Shown here piece after piece: positions 18,877 to 28,807 of a stretch of DNA of 51,475 nt; the first letter of the stretch is position 1, and each line of letters opens with the position of its first letter. The notes beneath the pieces were generated by a model. The model was not told where the DNA came from and made no database searches. It saw nothing but the letters and a program-made list of their open reading frames with translations. Both the position numbers and the translations under genes were made by a program. Source of the DNA: an uncultured bacterium (lineage in GTDB: Bacteria; Acidobacteriota; HRBIN11; JAKEFK01); assembly GCA_963777505.1 (NCBI GenBank), contig CAVZQN010000002.1, positions 1 through 51,475 of the forward strand. The letters are read 5' to 3'.

Positions 18877-19842
18877 TCAGCGGGCGAAGTAGCCTTCGCG
18901 GTAACGGAGATCGATACCTTTGCGTTTGCAGCTAATTTTGATCTGACGCCACGCACCATCTGCTGCTGGATTGCTGGAACGATATGCGAGTGAATATTGA
19001 CTTCGAACAAAACTCCTGATCAATTCTTGTACCTGCCCGATTTGTTTCCGATTCTCCGGAAAGAAAGCGTATCCGCCAGTTGAATCTGCGAGGAGTTGCA
19101 TATTATCTTTTCCTTCGTGGGCCTTGCGACTGGCACCGTACCAGTTATATCCATAGCTATACGTAATTGTCCCCAGCACGACTATAGTCAAGTCCGATGA
19201 ACCGACAGCTTTTTCCAAAACATTTCTCATTTTCTTGCGGCTCAGGTTGTCTTGACCATCCGAACAAATCACCAACACCTTTCTTCCAGATTCTTTATTC
19301 AAACCGTCAATTGCAAAATCGATTGCGTCAAATAAAGCAGTATGTCTGAAGTGAATTCGCACTCCATGAAGAAGTTTCGATAATTCACTCCGATCAGCCA
19401 TAAATGGTGAAGCTGTTGGAGTTTCGTGGAATGTAACAAGCTGCATGCGATCGAAAGTCCCAAGTTCGTTCACAAGCAACAAGCCGGCATCGCGAGCCAT
19501 ATCCAGCTTCTTAATGTCTTCGATGTCTTCGTCCATGCTAGCGCTGCTATCAAGAACCAGGCTTAAAGTCATTGGAATTTTATGATCCAAACCAGCAAAG
19601 CTTTCGAAATGTGTGATCTTTTGAACGACACCATTCTCCCGAACAGTTAAGTCTTCCGCCTTAAGGTCAGGAATATATTTGCCTTTTTTATCGACTGCAC
19701 TTATGTACAAATCGACAAGATCGACACTAATGCTTTCGTTGATGGAATCGGGTTCTGATGACTGTGAGTCCAGGTGTGAATAGGGCAAAACAGCCAGAAC
19801 AAGAGTCAGACTAGCAAGTAGAATGCAGCTAAAACGGTTCAT
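18877..19842 (-). CDS. Secreted VWA-domain protein (VWFA-related acidobacterial type)
   Basis: Signal peptide; DSSASM MIDAS, TALFDAI, SDGQDN, LADSTGG, QYSLAY, REGYFA. Confidence 0.88.
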   Translation of the reverse strand: MNRFSCILLASLTLVLAVLPYSHLDSQSSEPDSINESISVDLVDLYISAVDKKGKYIPDLKAEDLTVRENGVVQKITHFESFAGLDHKIPMTLSLVLDSSASMDEDIEDIKKLDMARDAGLLLVNELGTFDRMQLVTFHETPTASPFMADRSELSKLLHGVRIHFRHTALFDAIDFAIDGLNKESGRKVLVICSDGQDNLSRKKMRNVLEKAVGSSDLTIVVLGTITYSYGYNWYGASRKAHEGKDNMQLLADSTGGYAFFPENRKQIGQVQELIRSFVRSQYSLAYRSSNPAADGAWRQIKISCKRKGIDLRYREGYFAR

Positions 19843-19922
19843 AGTTGATGAAGCATTTCAAGAAAAGTTTAAGTACGCCAATGAATTCCGTCAAGCGGCT
19901 TTGTGTCTTAGCGGTTCAATCT

Positions 19923-20663
19923 TTACCTCTCAAAACTTTTGGGGTCGATCTCCGGATTTGTCTTGAATGCTTCAATTATAGTGGTTTGAACTTTTTCCCC
20001 GGTCTTCAGATCGTATTCTTCCGAACGGAATGAGCGCAAAACTCCATCCTGCATACGAAAATCGAAGTTGCGGGATTCAGCCCATCTCTTTGTAGGATCC
20101 ATATCTGGATGGAGCGCTTTATAATCCCGGCTGCGTTCAATTCTCCAATTTTCGGGATGAATGTAGTAAAACTTCTGAAAACCATCACTCAGAGTGAGTT
20201 TGAGGAGATAGTAATTTATGTTGTCCAGTTTTTCCCTACCTTCCAAAGTTACTTTATTCCCAATCGATTCCATTTCATGCAAACCGTAGAGCTTTCCTGG
20301 CAAGACTGTTCCGTGCCACAGTGCAGCCGAACCTTCCTTGCTTGATTCTTCACCTGGTCCGGTTTCAGTCTTACGCTGCCAACCCGTCTTGCCATTATGA
20401 CCTTCACCAAAAACCCATTTCCCTTCATTGTAAATATCGATGCGCATGCGACGATTGCGATCGGCTACATAGGTTCCTGTTACGGTAAATTTTGGTTCGA
20501 TGATTTGAAGTTTTATTTCTGCCGACTTTACTTTTTCGATTGCTTCTTTTCCACCGGATGCCTTCGTATGGTTTTCGATTATTTCCTGCAAAGTGATTTC
20601 CTTTTCAGCAGCCGCAGCAACAAAAGACAACAATGCCATACCAAGAAAACTCAATATTTTCAT
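19923..20663 (-). CDS. Secreted hypothetical protein (possibly LolA-like fold)
   Basis: Signal peptide, H..ASGG N-terminal pattern; start at MKILSF after GAGGAAGG. Confidence 0.7.
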   Translation of the reverse strand: MKILSFLGMALLSFVAAAAEKEITLQEIIENHTKASGGKEAIEKVKSAEIKLQIIEPKFTVTGTYVADRNRRMRIDIYNEGKWVFGEGHNGKTGWQRKTETGPGEESSKEGSAALWHGTVLPGKLYGLHEMESIGNKVTLEGREKLDNINYYLLKLTLSDGFQKFYYIHPENWRIERSRDYKALHPDMDPTKRWAESRNFDFRMQDGVLRSFRSEEYDLKTGEKVQTTIIEAFKTNPEIDPKSFER

Positions 20664-20685
20664 TTTTTCCTTCCTCAATTGATTA

Positions 20686-20709
20686 TAGGGGCGGGTCTAA
20701 GACCAACCC
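20686..20709. repeat. Degenerate GTAG-type REP
   Basis: taggggcgggtctaagaccaaccc. Confidence 0.65.
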
Positions 20710-20819
20710 GAAACAACTACTTAGACGGTAGATCTTTCGGAAAGGATCACGCTGACCATCGAACTATTTGAAACTATTTTGCGTAATTATTGTTGTAGTT
20801 AATCGCTGGAGGTGTGTAT

Positions 20820-21038
20820 ATGGATAAACCTGGCGTAGCCGCAGTTCTGAGTTTTTTCATCCCCGGAGTCGGACAGCTCTACAATGGCAAAATATTAAGA
20901 GCTTTGTTCTGGTTAATCATCACGCCCGGATTCTGGATTGGTACCGGCGGAATGTTAGGATGGGTTTGCCATGTGATTTCGGCCTTCACTGCATACAGAT
21001 ATGCGCGAGCTCAAGAACGATTTCCTTTGGCAAGTTGA
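20820..21038 (+). CDS. Small membrane protein (TM2-like)
   Basis: PGVAAVLSFFIPGVGQLYNG pattern; GGAGGT RBS. Confidence 0.8.
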   Translation: MDKPGVAAVLSFFIPGVGQLYNGKILRALFWLIITPGFWIGTGGMLGWVCHVISAFTAYRYARAQERFPLAS

Positions 21039-21045
21039 AGAATAC

Positions 21046-21086
21046 AGCCAGAGCATTTCCCCTCAAATGCCCTGGCTTATGTTTTT
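21046..21086 (+). terminator. Probable intrinsic terminator
   Basis: agccagagcattt/aaatgccctggct stem followed by a T-rich tract, just after the stop at 21038. Confidence 0.6.
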
Positions 21087-21127
21087 AAGTTTTTGTGATA
21101 AGGACAACTCTTTGTCATAAATTACTG

Positions 21128-21379
21128 TTAACAATGAGCCGGCTCCGCTGAAGTCATTAAAACGGGCGATTCATTTTCCGAATTTTTTCCGACTTCTTGA
21201 ATCACGAGGCTACACCCTTCTTTTAAACAAACTAACAGATTTTCATCTCCGAATCGTGTGATCCGTGGATTCCCGATAGCATTCCAAAAAATCGTGGAAC
21301 GACAACGGAGGCAGATCGTATACACCTGGCGCATCTTTGGATGCCCGACTCCTGAGAAAACCGGATTTTGTGTCAACAT
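21128..21379 (-). CDS. Small Cys-containing hypothetical protein (83 aa)
   Basis: GGAGG 7 nt upstream of ATG 21379; CLRC and CLKEGC; no overlap with other credible genes. Confidence 0.5.
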   Translation of the reverse strand: MLTQNPVFSGVGHPKMRQVYTICLRCRSTIFWNAIGNPRITRFGDENLLVCLKEGCSLVIQEVGKNSENESPVLMTSAEPAHC

Positions 21380-21692
21380 CATGGAACCTCCATCAGGCTT
21401 CTCGCCTGCATACACCTATAAGAATGTTTTCCCTGAAGCTGACAGGTATAGAAAAAGTTAGCGACAATGTGTCGTAAAAACTCTACGTAGGGTGTCGACA
21501 TTCATCCTTCGTTCGTAGCTATAAAGTCATGCTACCCAAGTAGTTGCTCTATCGAAGGTAAATGCACTCAATATATAGTACTATATTAATAGTACTATTT
21601 CGGTCCGGAGCGGCTGCTTCCAGGTGATCTGAAATGTTTCGACGTCAGTTTCCATATTCAGGTAAAAGGGTTACAGCCCGGGGAGACTTTAC

Positions 21693-23684
21693 ATGAGAAG
21701 GATCTCGATCATTTTTGCATTCATTTTTACCACCTGGACCCTCCTGAACGGCGCGCCTTTAAAGCCTGATTCCCTTTGGCGGGACTTTCAGTCAAAAGAA
21801 GGCAAGGATTGGCGTGCTTCCTTTCGCGGCTCAGGATTACTCCGGACACTTTACGCGACGAGTGCCAGGTCTGCGGTCCGAAAGGCAGATCCCCAAGCAC
21901 TGATAGAAACTTACTATGGCTTATTTGGAGCTGAACACGCAGAAGATCTTCGTTTCGAACGAAAAGTCATTCATGAGTCAGGCATCGAATATGTCTATCG
22001 TCAGATTATTTCCGGACTGCCCGTTGAAGGCGCCCAGGTTCATTTGCATATGGATGGCAACGCTCAACTGATTGCTGCAACAAGCACCGTTTCTCCAGGA
22101 ATTCAAGTTCGCTCCTCAAAAATTTCTGCTGCACCCATTGCGCAAGCCCGTGCTTTACGATTGTTTGGTGGCCGCGCTACGGCTGGAAGAGCTTCTCTTG
22201 TGCTCATTCCTTCGGGAAAGTTTGCAAAACCCGCATGGAAAATCGCTGTTGATCCATTCGAAATAAATGAAGGATCTCGCCTTATGTACGTTGATGCAGA
22301 GGATCCACGAGTTGTTTTACGCATCCACAATACATTTGCATATGCTGAAGGACGTGGATCCGTATTCGCCGAAAATCCAGTAATCACACCCAGCATGAGC
22401 ACTGAGACGTTTCAATACATGGACGCAACAACGTCACTTTCCGGGAAGTTTGTGAAAACATACAACGCAAATTTTGAGCAATTCAGCCCAAGCAGCAGTT
22501 CTGCTGCGGATTTTTCAGCCTATACCACTGCAAGTGATACCGCACGCCAATTCAACTATCCAATAACGGATGCTCGTTTTACTGAAGCCATGGCATATTT
22601 CCACATCAATCGTGTCCACGATCAATGGAAGCGTTTTGGGTTCAATCGTTTGAACAAAAGAATGCCTGTTTTTGTAAACATTATGAGTAGATCCGGAGAT
22701 TTCGGCTACGATAATGCGTTTTACAGACGAAGTGAACGATATCCAACAGGTCTGGTTGTTATGGGTGCAGGAAATCGTTTAGAAAATTTAGGACATGATG
22801 CAGACGTTTACTATCACGAATATGGTCATGCTGTGTTAGATCATGCAAAGCCTGAATTTTTTGAGTCGATTGAAAATAATTATTCAGGAGCATTTCACGA
22901 AGGGTTCGGCGATGTCTCGGCTTCTGCCATTACAGGCAATTCCAAATTAGCAGAATACGCATTGCGTCTAAAATCAAATCGAAAATTCATTGGACGAGAT
23001 TTAGAAAACAACAATCGTTATCCCAACAATGTAATTTACCCGGCCTTCAGACAATCAGAATCGCATCATACGGGTCTGATTTTTGGCGGAGCATGGTGGG
23101 ATCTGCAGAAACGGATCGGTTTAGAACAAGCGCAACGCGTTCTTTATAAAGGTGTACAGATGCTGCCGCAGGAAATGAACTTTTTTGACGTACGGGATTC
23201 AATGCTAACTGTTGATCAGAATCAAAATGCCGGACAGAATGTGTCAGCGATCAACGATTCATTTGCAGAACATGGCATCACAGGCCCTGATCCAGGACAA
23301 CCCGGGACGGTTACAGTCAAAGCCTTAAAAACAGCAGAATTACGATTGCCGAGCGCCAAGTTTGTGATGAAAACAAAATTCAAAAAGGGCGACTTCATTG
23401 TTCTTTTTGCAAATTACACCGGCACAGGACTGACCCCTGGTTATAATCTGATACCCATTCGTTTTGAGTTCAATGGCCCGGATGGCGGTCTGATTGATGC
23501 ATATGCCTGGTATGGCGAAGTCTTAAACGGCAACAACAACGGCATCAGAGGCGCCTATCAGGGTGAAATCTTTACATATCCTCAAACAAAAAGCGGCACA
23601 TACACGATTACATTGCAATCGCGTCTGGGTGGAACATCGATACTTACGGAAGTAAAAACCGTTTCCTTCCAAGTTGTCGATTAA
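21693..23684 (+). CDS. Secreted zinc metallopeptidase, M4/M36 (thermolysin/fungalysin-like) with propeptide
   Basis: Signal peptide, FTP-like propeptide (YRQIISGLPVEG), DNAFY, HEYGH, HEGFGD, HHTG. Confidence 0.88.
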   Translation: MRRISIIFAFIFTTWTLLNGAPLKPDSLWRDFQSKEGKDWRASFRGSGLLRTLYATSARSAVRKADPQALIETYYGLFGAEHAEDLRFERKVIHESGIEYVYRQIISGLPVEGAQVHLHMDGNAQLIAATSTVSPGIQVRSSKISAAPIAQARALRLFGGRATAGRASLVLIPSGKFAKPAWKIAVDPFEINEGSRLMYVDAEDPRVVLRIHNTFAYAEGRGSVFAENPVITPSMSTETFQYMDATTSLSGKFVKTYNANFEQFSPSSSSAADFSAYTTASDTARQFNYPITDARFTEAMAYFHINRVHDQWKRFGFNRLNKRMPVFVNIMSRSGDFGYDNAFYRRSERYPTGLVVMGAGNRLENLGHDADVYYHEYGHAVLDHAKPEFFESIENNYSGAFHEGFGDVSASAITGNSKLAEYALRLKSNRKFIGRDLENNNRYPNNVIYPAFRQSESHHTGLIFGGAWWDLQKRIGLEQAQRVLYKGVQMLPQEMNFFDVRDSMLTVDQNQNAGQNVSAINDSFAEHGITGPDPGQPGTVTVKALKTAELRLPSAKFVMKTKFKKGDFIVLFANYTGTGLTPGYNLIPIRFEFNGPDGGLIDAYAWYGEVLNGNNNGIRGAYQGEIFTYPQTKSGTYTITLQSRLGGTSILTEVKTVSFQVVD

Positions 23685-23857
23685 ATCCGCCTGACATTTT
23701 CTGTCATTCGAAAACTACCAAATACTGGCAGTGTCGGGCCAGTTTCTCGTCCATCAGTAGCACGAAATTTCATGGTTAGTATTTTGCATAAAAGTAGTTT
23801 GTGAGTGTTCTGTATTAACTGTGAGAGGGAGCGTTCCAGGTAATATTTGGAGGCTCC

Positions 23858-23938
23858 ATGATTCGCACTTTCGTTAAAATATTTCGCCTTAAAAAACCTG
23901 CGCGTATCAAAAAAGCCCACATTGAGTTGAAAAAATAA
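23858..23938 (+). CDS. Putative 26-aa basic small protein MIRTFVKIFRLKKPARIKKAHIELKK
   Basis: GGAGG at 23849-23853; lies in an otherwise empty 430-bp gap, with a terminator downstream. Confidence 0.4.
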   Translation: MIRTFVKIFRLKKPARIKKAHIELKK

Positions 23939-24014
23939 ATCCTGTATTCGGAGTTATAGATAGAACCACAATCATACATAGACCGGTAGCGCAGAATCGG
24001 CAATCAGAAGGATT

Positions 24015-24060
24015 GGCATCTCGTGCACATCTCCTACTGTGTGCGAGATGCCTTTTGTTT
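24015..24060 (+). terminator. Intrinsic terminator
   Basis: ggcatctcg/cgagatgcc stem (extendable with G-U pairs) followed by ttttgttt. Confidence 0.75.
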
Positions 24061-24113
24061 CAGGCAACTCTCAATCAATTGATATATAATTTCAATCTTT
24101 GCGGTGAACATTA

Positions 24114-25739
24114 TTGAAATTGCCTGCCACTGACTTTGTTTATCAGGAACCATTTCCCTTAGAAAAAGACGATACAGAGTACCGGCTTCTCACAAAAGAA
24201 TTTGTTTCGATCGACTCTTTTGAGAATCAGGAGATATTGAAAGTAGATCCTGAAGCGCTGGTTCTTCTTGCAAATGAAGCGATACGCGATATTTCTTTTC
24301 TGCTGCGGACAAAACATCTCGAAAAAGTAGCTGCGATTTTGCAGGATCCTGAAGCTTCAGCCAATGATCGTGGTGTTGCGATGGCGATGCTGAAGAACGC
24401 AGAAATTTCATCGAAAGGGATTCTTCCGTTTTGTCAGGATACAGGGACCGCAACTATCATCGGTAAAAAAGGACAACGTGTTTGGACCGGCGTACGCGAT
24501 GAAGAATTTCTTTCGCGCGGGATTCAAAAAACTTACAAAGAAGAAAACCTGCGGTACTCACAATCCGTTCCGCTGACTATGTATCAAGAAAAAAATAGCG
24601 GAACAAATTTGCCGGCTCAAATCGATTTGTATGCTACAGACGGAATGGAATATGAATTTCTTTTCGTTGCAAAAGGCGGCGGTTCAGCCAACAAAACTTT
24701 CCTGTATCAACAATCAAAAGCTCTACTCAATCCTGAAAGTCTCGAAAAGTTCATGGCTGAAAAAATGAAAACGCTTGGGACTGCTGCATGTCCGCCCTAT
24801 CATCTTGCATTCGTAATTGGTGGCACTTCAGCCGAACAATGTCTGAAGACTGTGAAGCTCGCTACTGCCGGATATCTGGATCATTTGCCTGCAACGGGAA
24901 ATGAATATGGACGTGCATTTCGTGATGTTGAGTTGGAAGACAAGATGCTGAAATCTGCGCATCAAACCGGAATCGGTGCTCAGTTTGGTGGAAAATATTT
25001 TGCATTGGATGTTCGGATCATCCGGTTGCCACGCCATGGAGCATCCTGCCCTGTTGGAATTGGAGTATCTTGTTCAGCCGACCGGAATATTAAGGCCAAA
25101 ATCAATCGTGAAGGAATCTGGCTTGAAGATTTAGAACGGAATCCAGGCCGTTTCATTCCACCCGAATTGCGAGCAGAAAGCAGAAGCGATTCTGTTGCGA
25201 TTGATTTATCACTTCCGATGAAAGAAATACTTGCAGAGCTAACGAAACATCCGATCACAACAAGACTTGCTTTGACTGGCACACTTGTTGTTGCCCGAGA
25301 CATAGCGCACGCAAAACTGAAAGAGCGGATTGATCGCGGAGAAGGATTACCTGAGTATTTTAAAAATCATCCAATCTACTATGCAGGGCCTGCGAAAACG
25401 CCTGCAGGGATGCCTTCGGGATCATTCGGACCAACAACTGCCGGGCGCATGGATTCCTATGTTGATCAATTCCAATCGTTAGGCGGATCGATGATCATGA
25501 TTGCGAAAGGTAACCGGAGTTCTGAAGTTCGCGAAGCCTGCAAAAAATATGGCGGCTTCTATCTGGGCTCAGTGGGCGGTCCGGCTGCACTGATTGCGCA
25601 AGAACACATCACAAAAGTAGAAGTGCTTGAATATCCCGAACTCGGGATGGAAGCGATCTGGAAAATCGAAGTTGTTAACTTCCCTGCTTTCATTTTGATT
25701 GATGACAAAGGCAACGACTTCTTCCGTCAGTTGATTTGA
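24114..25739 (+). CDS. fumA: Class I Fe-S fumarate hydratase
   Basis: [43 protein letters not shown]; fumA and fumB cannot be told apart. Confidence 0.95.
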   Translation: MKLPATDFVYQEPFPLEKDDTEYRLLTKEFVSIDSFENQEILKVDPEALVLLANEAIRDISFLLRTKHLEKVAAILQDPEASANDRGVAMAMLKNAEISSKGILPFCQDTGTATIIGKKGQRVWTGVRDEEFLSRGIQKTYKEENLRYSQSVPLTMYQEKNSGTNLPAQIDLYATDGMEYEFLFVAKGGGSANKTFLYQQSKALLNPESLEKFMAEKMKTLGTAACPPYHLAFVIGGTSAEQCLKTVKLATAGYLDHLPATGNEYGRAFRDVELEDKMLKSAHQTGIGAQFGGKYFALDVRIIRLPRHGASCPVGIGVSCSADRNIKAKINREGIWLEDLERNPGRFIPPELRAESRSDSVAIDLSLPMKEILAELTKHPITTRLALTGTLVVARDIAHAKLKERIDRGEGLPEYFKNHPIYYAGPAKTPAGMPSGSFGPTTAGRMDSYVDQFQSLGGSMIMIAKGNRSSEVREACKKYGGFYLGSVGGPAALIAQEHITKVEVLEYPELGMEAIWKIEVVNFPAFILIDDKGNDFFRQLI

Positions 25740-25799
25740 ATCACCATTGACAAACCTCCCAGCAAGACTATTTATCACAGGTGGTGGAGGTCATTACAT

Positions 25800-25979
25800 A
25801 TGAGTTTTAGCTTATATCTCGTGGGTTTCATTCTGCTAGTGGGAGGACTCGCATACGGCGCCTCTCTATTGGGACTTGCTCCTCAGTGGATTGCAGTCGG
25901 TGTAGTGATTTTGTTGGGGATCGGAATTTTTACAGGCGTAACAAAAACGCGCCAAAAAGATCCAGCCGAAAAAGTCTAG
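25800..25979 (+). CDS. 59-aa two-TM small membrane protein (not in ORF track)
   Basis: MSFSLYLVGFILLVGGLAYGASLLGLAPQWIAVGVVILLGIGIFTGVTKTRQKDPAEKV; GGAGGT RBS; TTGACA at 25747. Confidence 0.85.
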   Translation: MSFSLYLVGFILLVGGLAYGASLLGLAPQWIAVGVVILLGIGIFTGVTKTRQKDPAEKV

Positions 25980-25983
25980 GAAT

Positions 25984-26015
25984 TTACCACAAAGGCGCAA
26001 ATGTCTTTGTGGTAA
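25984..26015. terminator. Hairpin between convergent genes
   Basis: ttaccacaaaggcg/tgtctttgtggtaa stem. Confidence 0.55.
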
Positions 26016-26021
26016 TTGGAT

Positions 26022-27893
26022 TTACTCCGTCATCGGAACGATTAATACGGTCACCTTCGTTCCGTTTACTATTTCTGTGACGGCATCACTCCAATACAGA
26101 CGTTCAGCCGTTTGCGGTCCAGGTGCGCCAATTACGATCAAATCGTATTCGTCGGTTGATGCCTCTTCTAGAATGTATTCCACAAAAGGCTCTTTTCCGA
26201 TTTTACTCGTTGCCGTTACTCCGAAACTCTCAAGAGTCGACAAAGCTTGTTCCAGGTGAAGAGCTGTTCTGTTCCGCTGATCTTCAGTTTCATCATCGCT
26301 AACATGAAGAACTGTCGTTGATGCCCCTAACAAACGCGCAAGACGTCCTCCAACGCGAACGTCCGCTTTACCTGGTTCACCAACCGCACTACAAATCAGC
26401 ATGCTTTTTATTTCCTTTGTAGGCTTTTGAACGATCACAACAGGAACACCTTGATTCAAGATCATACGCACAGTTGTTCCTAGAGCCGTCATTCCTTTGA
26501 TGGGACGTTTCTTTTTTCCAACAACTACAAATTCATAATGGCCTTCTTGAGTTTCAAAAAAGATTTCTTCTTTCGTAGAACCTTTTCGGACTCGAACATC
26601 CAACTCTGGAACTCTCTCCAACCAGGCTTGCCGTACTTTTTCTAATCTAGCGCGTGTGGACGCGACTTCATCACTGGAGTCAGTTACACACAGCAATGTC
26701 GCACGACTTCCTGCCTTCTCGGCAATATACAATCCAAAATCTGGAACAGCCTGAGTTGCATGCGTTTCATCCGTACATAAAAGTAATTTCGGCCAGAACG
26801 TTTCAAGAACATGATATTGCTTGAATCCAATCCAGAGTTGATCTCCGGGGTTGAAACGATTTCCATTTTGTTCGCTAGGCTGCAATGCTTCAATTTGCAT
26901 TGTACGTTCTCCGAAATCCTGCGCATAGGGTCTGATTCCGCGTGGACGTTCAACCTCAAGTCGAATGCGCTGAAAAGAGCCTACAAACATCCTCTCGATC
27001 ACTTTCCCTTTTCCAAGTACATATACATCGCCGTTGGTAGTAAACGGTTCTGTTTGAAGCAAAACGGTTTCCGGTCTGAACAAAATTCTGACGCGTGTAA
27101 GCTGTTCTGCAAGATCGGCAGGAACAGGCAATTTAGTCGCGCCAAGTTGAATGGCCCCTCCATCGACACGTCCGATTAAGACATTCTTTCCACCGATAAA
27201 ATGAGCTGCAAATTCGGTTCGGGGAGTGTGATACAACGATTCAGGCTTATCGACTTCAATTAAGTTACCGCGATCAATAACACCAATCCGATCCGCCAGC
27301 TCAAAGGCTTCTTCTTGATCATGAGTTACAAGAATTGTGGTGACTTTGAGCCTTCTTTGAATGTCTTTTAAGGTTCTCCGAAGTTGCCCTCTGATTTTGA
27401 CATCGAGTGCTCCAAAAGGTTCATCCAAAAGAAGAACTGAAGGTTGATAGGCAAGAGCCCGCGCCAGTGCAACACGCTGTTGTTGTCCGCCGGACAATTG
27501 ATGCGCAAAACGGTTACCGAGTCCGCCTAATCCGACAAGGTCTAGCAATTCATCGCGACGCCGCCGGCGATCTGAAGAAGATGCCTTCCTAATCTTCAAT
27601 CCGAATTCAATATTCTCCGCAACTGTCATATGTTTGAAAAGGGAATAATTCTGAAACACAAATCCGGTCCCTCTTGCTTGCGGAGGAAGTGTCGTAACAT
27701 CCTTTTGATTCAATTCGATTTTCCCTGAATCAGGACGCGTTAAGCCTGCAATCATTCGAAGAACGGTACTCTTGCCGCTGCCGCTGGCTCCAAGCAATAC
27801 GAACAGTTCACCGTCTTCAATCTGCAGCGAAAATCGATTTACAACAAGAACATTTCCAAAACGTTTTGAAAGATCAGTCAGAACAATTGACAT
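26022..27893 (-). CDS. cysA: Sulfate/thiosulfate ABC ATPase fused to two C-terminal universal stress protein (USP)-like domains
   Basis: GASGSGKS, LSGGQQQR, LLLDEPF; downstream of cysW; C-terminal ~255 aa with YEFVVVG...VPVVIV and YDLIVIG...VTVLIVP. Confidence 0.85.
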   Translation of the reverse strand: MSIVLTDLSKRFGNVLVVNRFSLQIEDGELFVLLGASGSGKSTVLRMIAGLTRPDSGKIELNQKDVTTLPPQARGTGFVFQNYSLFKHMTVAENIEFGLKIRKASSSDRRRRRDELLDLVGLGGLGNRFAHQLSGGQQQRVALARALAYQPSVLLLDEPFGALDVKIRGQLRRTLKDIQRRLKVTTILVTHDQEEAFELADRIGVIDRGNLIEVDKPESLYHTPRTEFAAHFIGGKNVLIGRVDGGAIQLGATKLPVPADLAEQLTRVRILFRPETVLLQTEPFTTNGDVYVLGKGKVIERMFVGSFQRIRLEVERPRGIRPYAQDFGERTMQIEALQPSEQNGNRFNPGDQLWIGFKQYHVLETFWPKLLLCTDETHATQAVPDFGLYIAEKAGSRATLLCVTDSSDEVASTRARLEKVRQAWLERVPELDVRVRKGSTKEEIFFETQEGHYEFVVVGKKKRPIKGMTALGTTVRMILNQGVPVVIVQKPTKEIKSMLICSAVGEPGKADVRVGGRLARLLGASTTVLHVSDDETEDQRNRTALHLEQALSTLESFGVTATSKIGKEPFVEYILEEASTDEYDLIVIGAPGPQTAERLYWSDAVTEIVNGTKVTVLIVPMTE

Positions 27894-27902
27894 TCTCCCT
27901 CG

Positions 27903-27973
27903 TAGGGGCGGGTCTTAGACCCGCCCGGTAATATGTATCTCCGTAATGCGGGCGGGTCTAAGACCCGCCCCTA
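27903..27973. repeat. Inverted GTAG...CTAC REP doublet between cysW and cysA
   Basis: gtaggggcgggtcttagacccgccc-spacer-gggcgggtctaagacccgcccctac. Confidence 0.9.
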
Positions 27974-28806
27974 CTTACTTTAAGTGACAAAAATTTCTTT
28001 AATACCAGAGTAACAACAGCAAGAAAAGTTAGCAAAGAAGCTACCGCAAATGCTGCAGTAAAATTGTATTCGTTATACAGGATTTCAACGTGCAGCGGCA
28101 ATGTGTTGGTCTTTCCTCGAATATGTCCCGACACAACAGAAACAGCACCAAACTCGCCCATCGCTCGCGCATTGCACTGAATCAATGCATATAGCAAACC
28201 CCATTTGATATTCGGTAATGTAACTTTTAGGAACGTCTGCCAACCGCTGGCTCCAAGAACGAGAGCCGCTTCTTCAGCCTCGCTTCCTTGAGCTTGCATC
28301 AATGGAATGAGTTCGCGAGCAACAAATGGAAAAGTAACAAAGATTGTGGCCAGAATCACTCCGGGAACTGCGAAAACAATCTTAATGTCATGTTGATTTA
28401 AAAAGGGACCAAGATAGCCTTGTAATCCAAAAAGCAAAACAAAGATCATGCCTGAAATCACCGGCGAAACCGCAAACGGCAAATCGATTAAAGTAATTAA
28501 AACGCTTTTTCCAGGAAAACTAAATTTACTGACAGCCCATGCTGCACAAATTCCAAAAATCATATTTGAGACCACTGCAGCAACTGCGGTTAGAAGCGTC
28601 AACCGGATCGCAGCTAAAGCAACAGGTTCAGTAATGGCGGAACGATATACACTCCACCCTTTTTTGAAAGCTTCCACAAAAACAGCTGTTAAAGGAAGAA
28701 GAAGGAAAAAGCCAAGAAATGCAAATGCAATTCCAATTAAGAGCCACCGAATGAAGCGAGGTTCAGTCATCTGAACTTCTTCTAGCTGGATCGATCGTGG
28801 CTGCAT
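27958..28806 (-). CDS. cysW: Sulfate ABC transporter permease CysW
   Basis: DLPFAVSPVISG, FVTFPFVARE, ARAMGEFGAVSVVSGHIRGKT. Confidence 0.95.
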   Translation of the reverse strand: MQPRSIQLEEVQMTEPRFIRWLLIGIAFAFLGFFLLLPLTAVFVEAFKKGWSVYRSAITEPVALAAIRLTLLTAVAAVVSNMIFGICAAWAVSKFSFPGKSVLITLIDLPFAVSPVISGMIFVLLFGLQGYLGPFLNQHDIKIVFAVPGVILATIFVTFPFVARELIPLMQAQGSEAEEAALVLGASGWQTFLKVTLPNIKWGLLYALIQCNARAMGEFGAVSVVSGHIRGKTNTLPLHVEILYNEYNFTAAFAVASLLTFLAVVTLVLKKFLSLKVSRGGS

Positions 28807-28807
28807 T

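Noticed and set aside
18723-19010. 95-aa ORF crossing the nested palindrome (also 2854-3111 and 39814-40077)
   Set aside because: These are translations of repeat DNA overlapping real genes, with no protein-like features.
23685-23857. Riboswitch or known ncRNA upstream of the small basic ORF
   Set aside because: Only short hairpins; I could not match a known aptamer consensus by eye.
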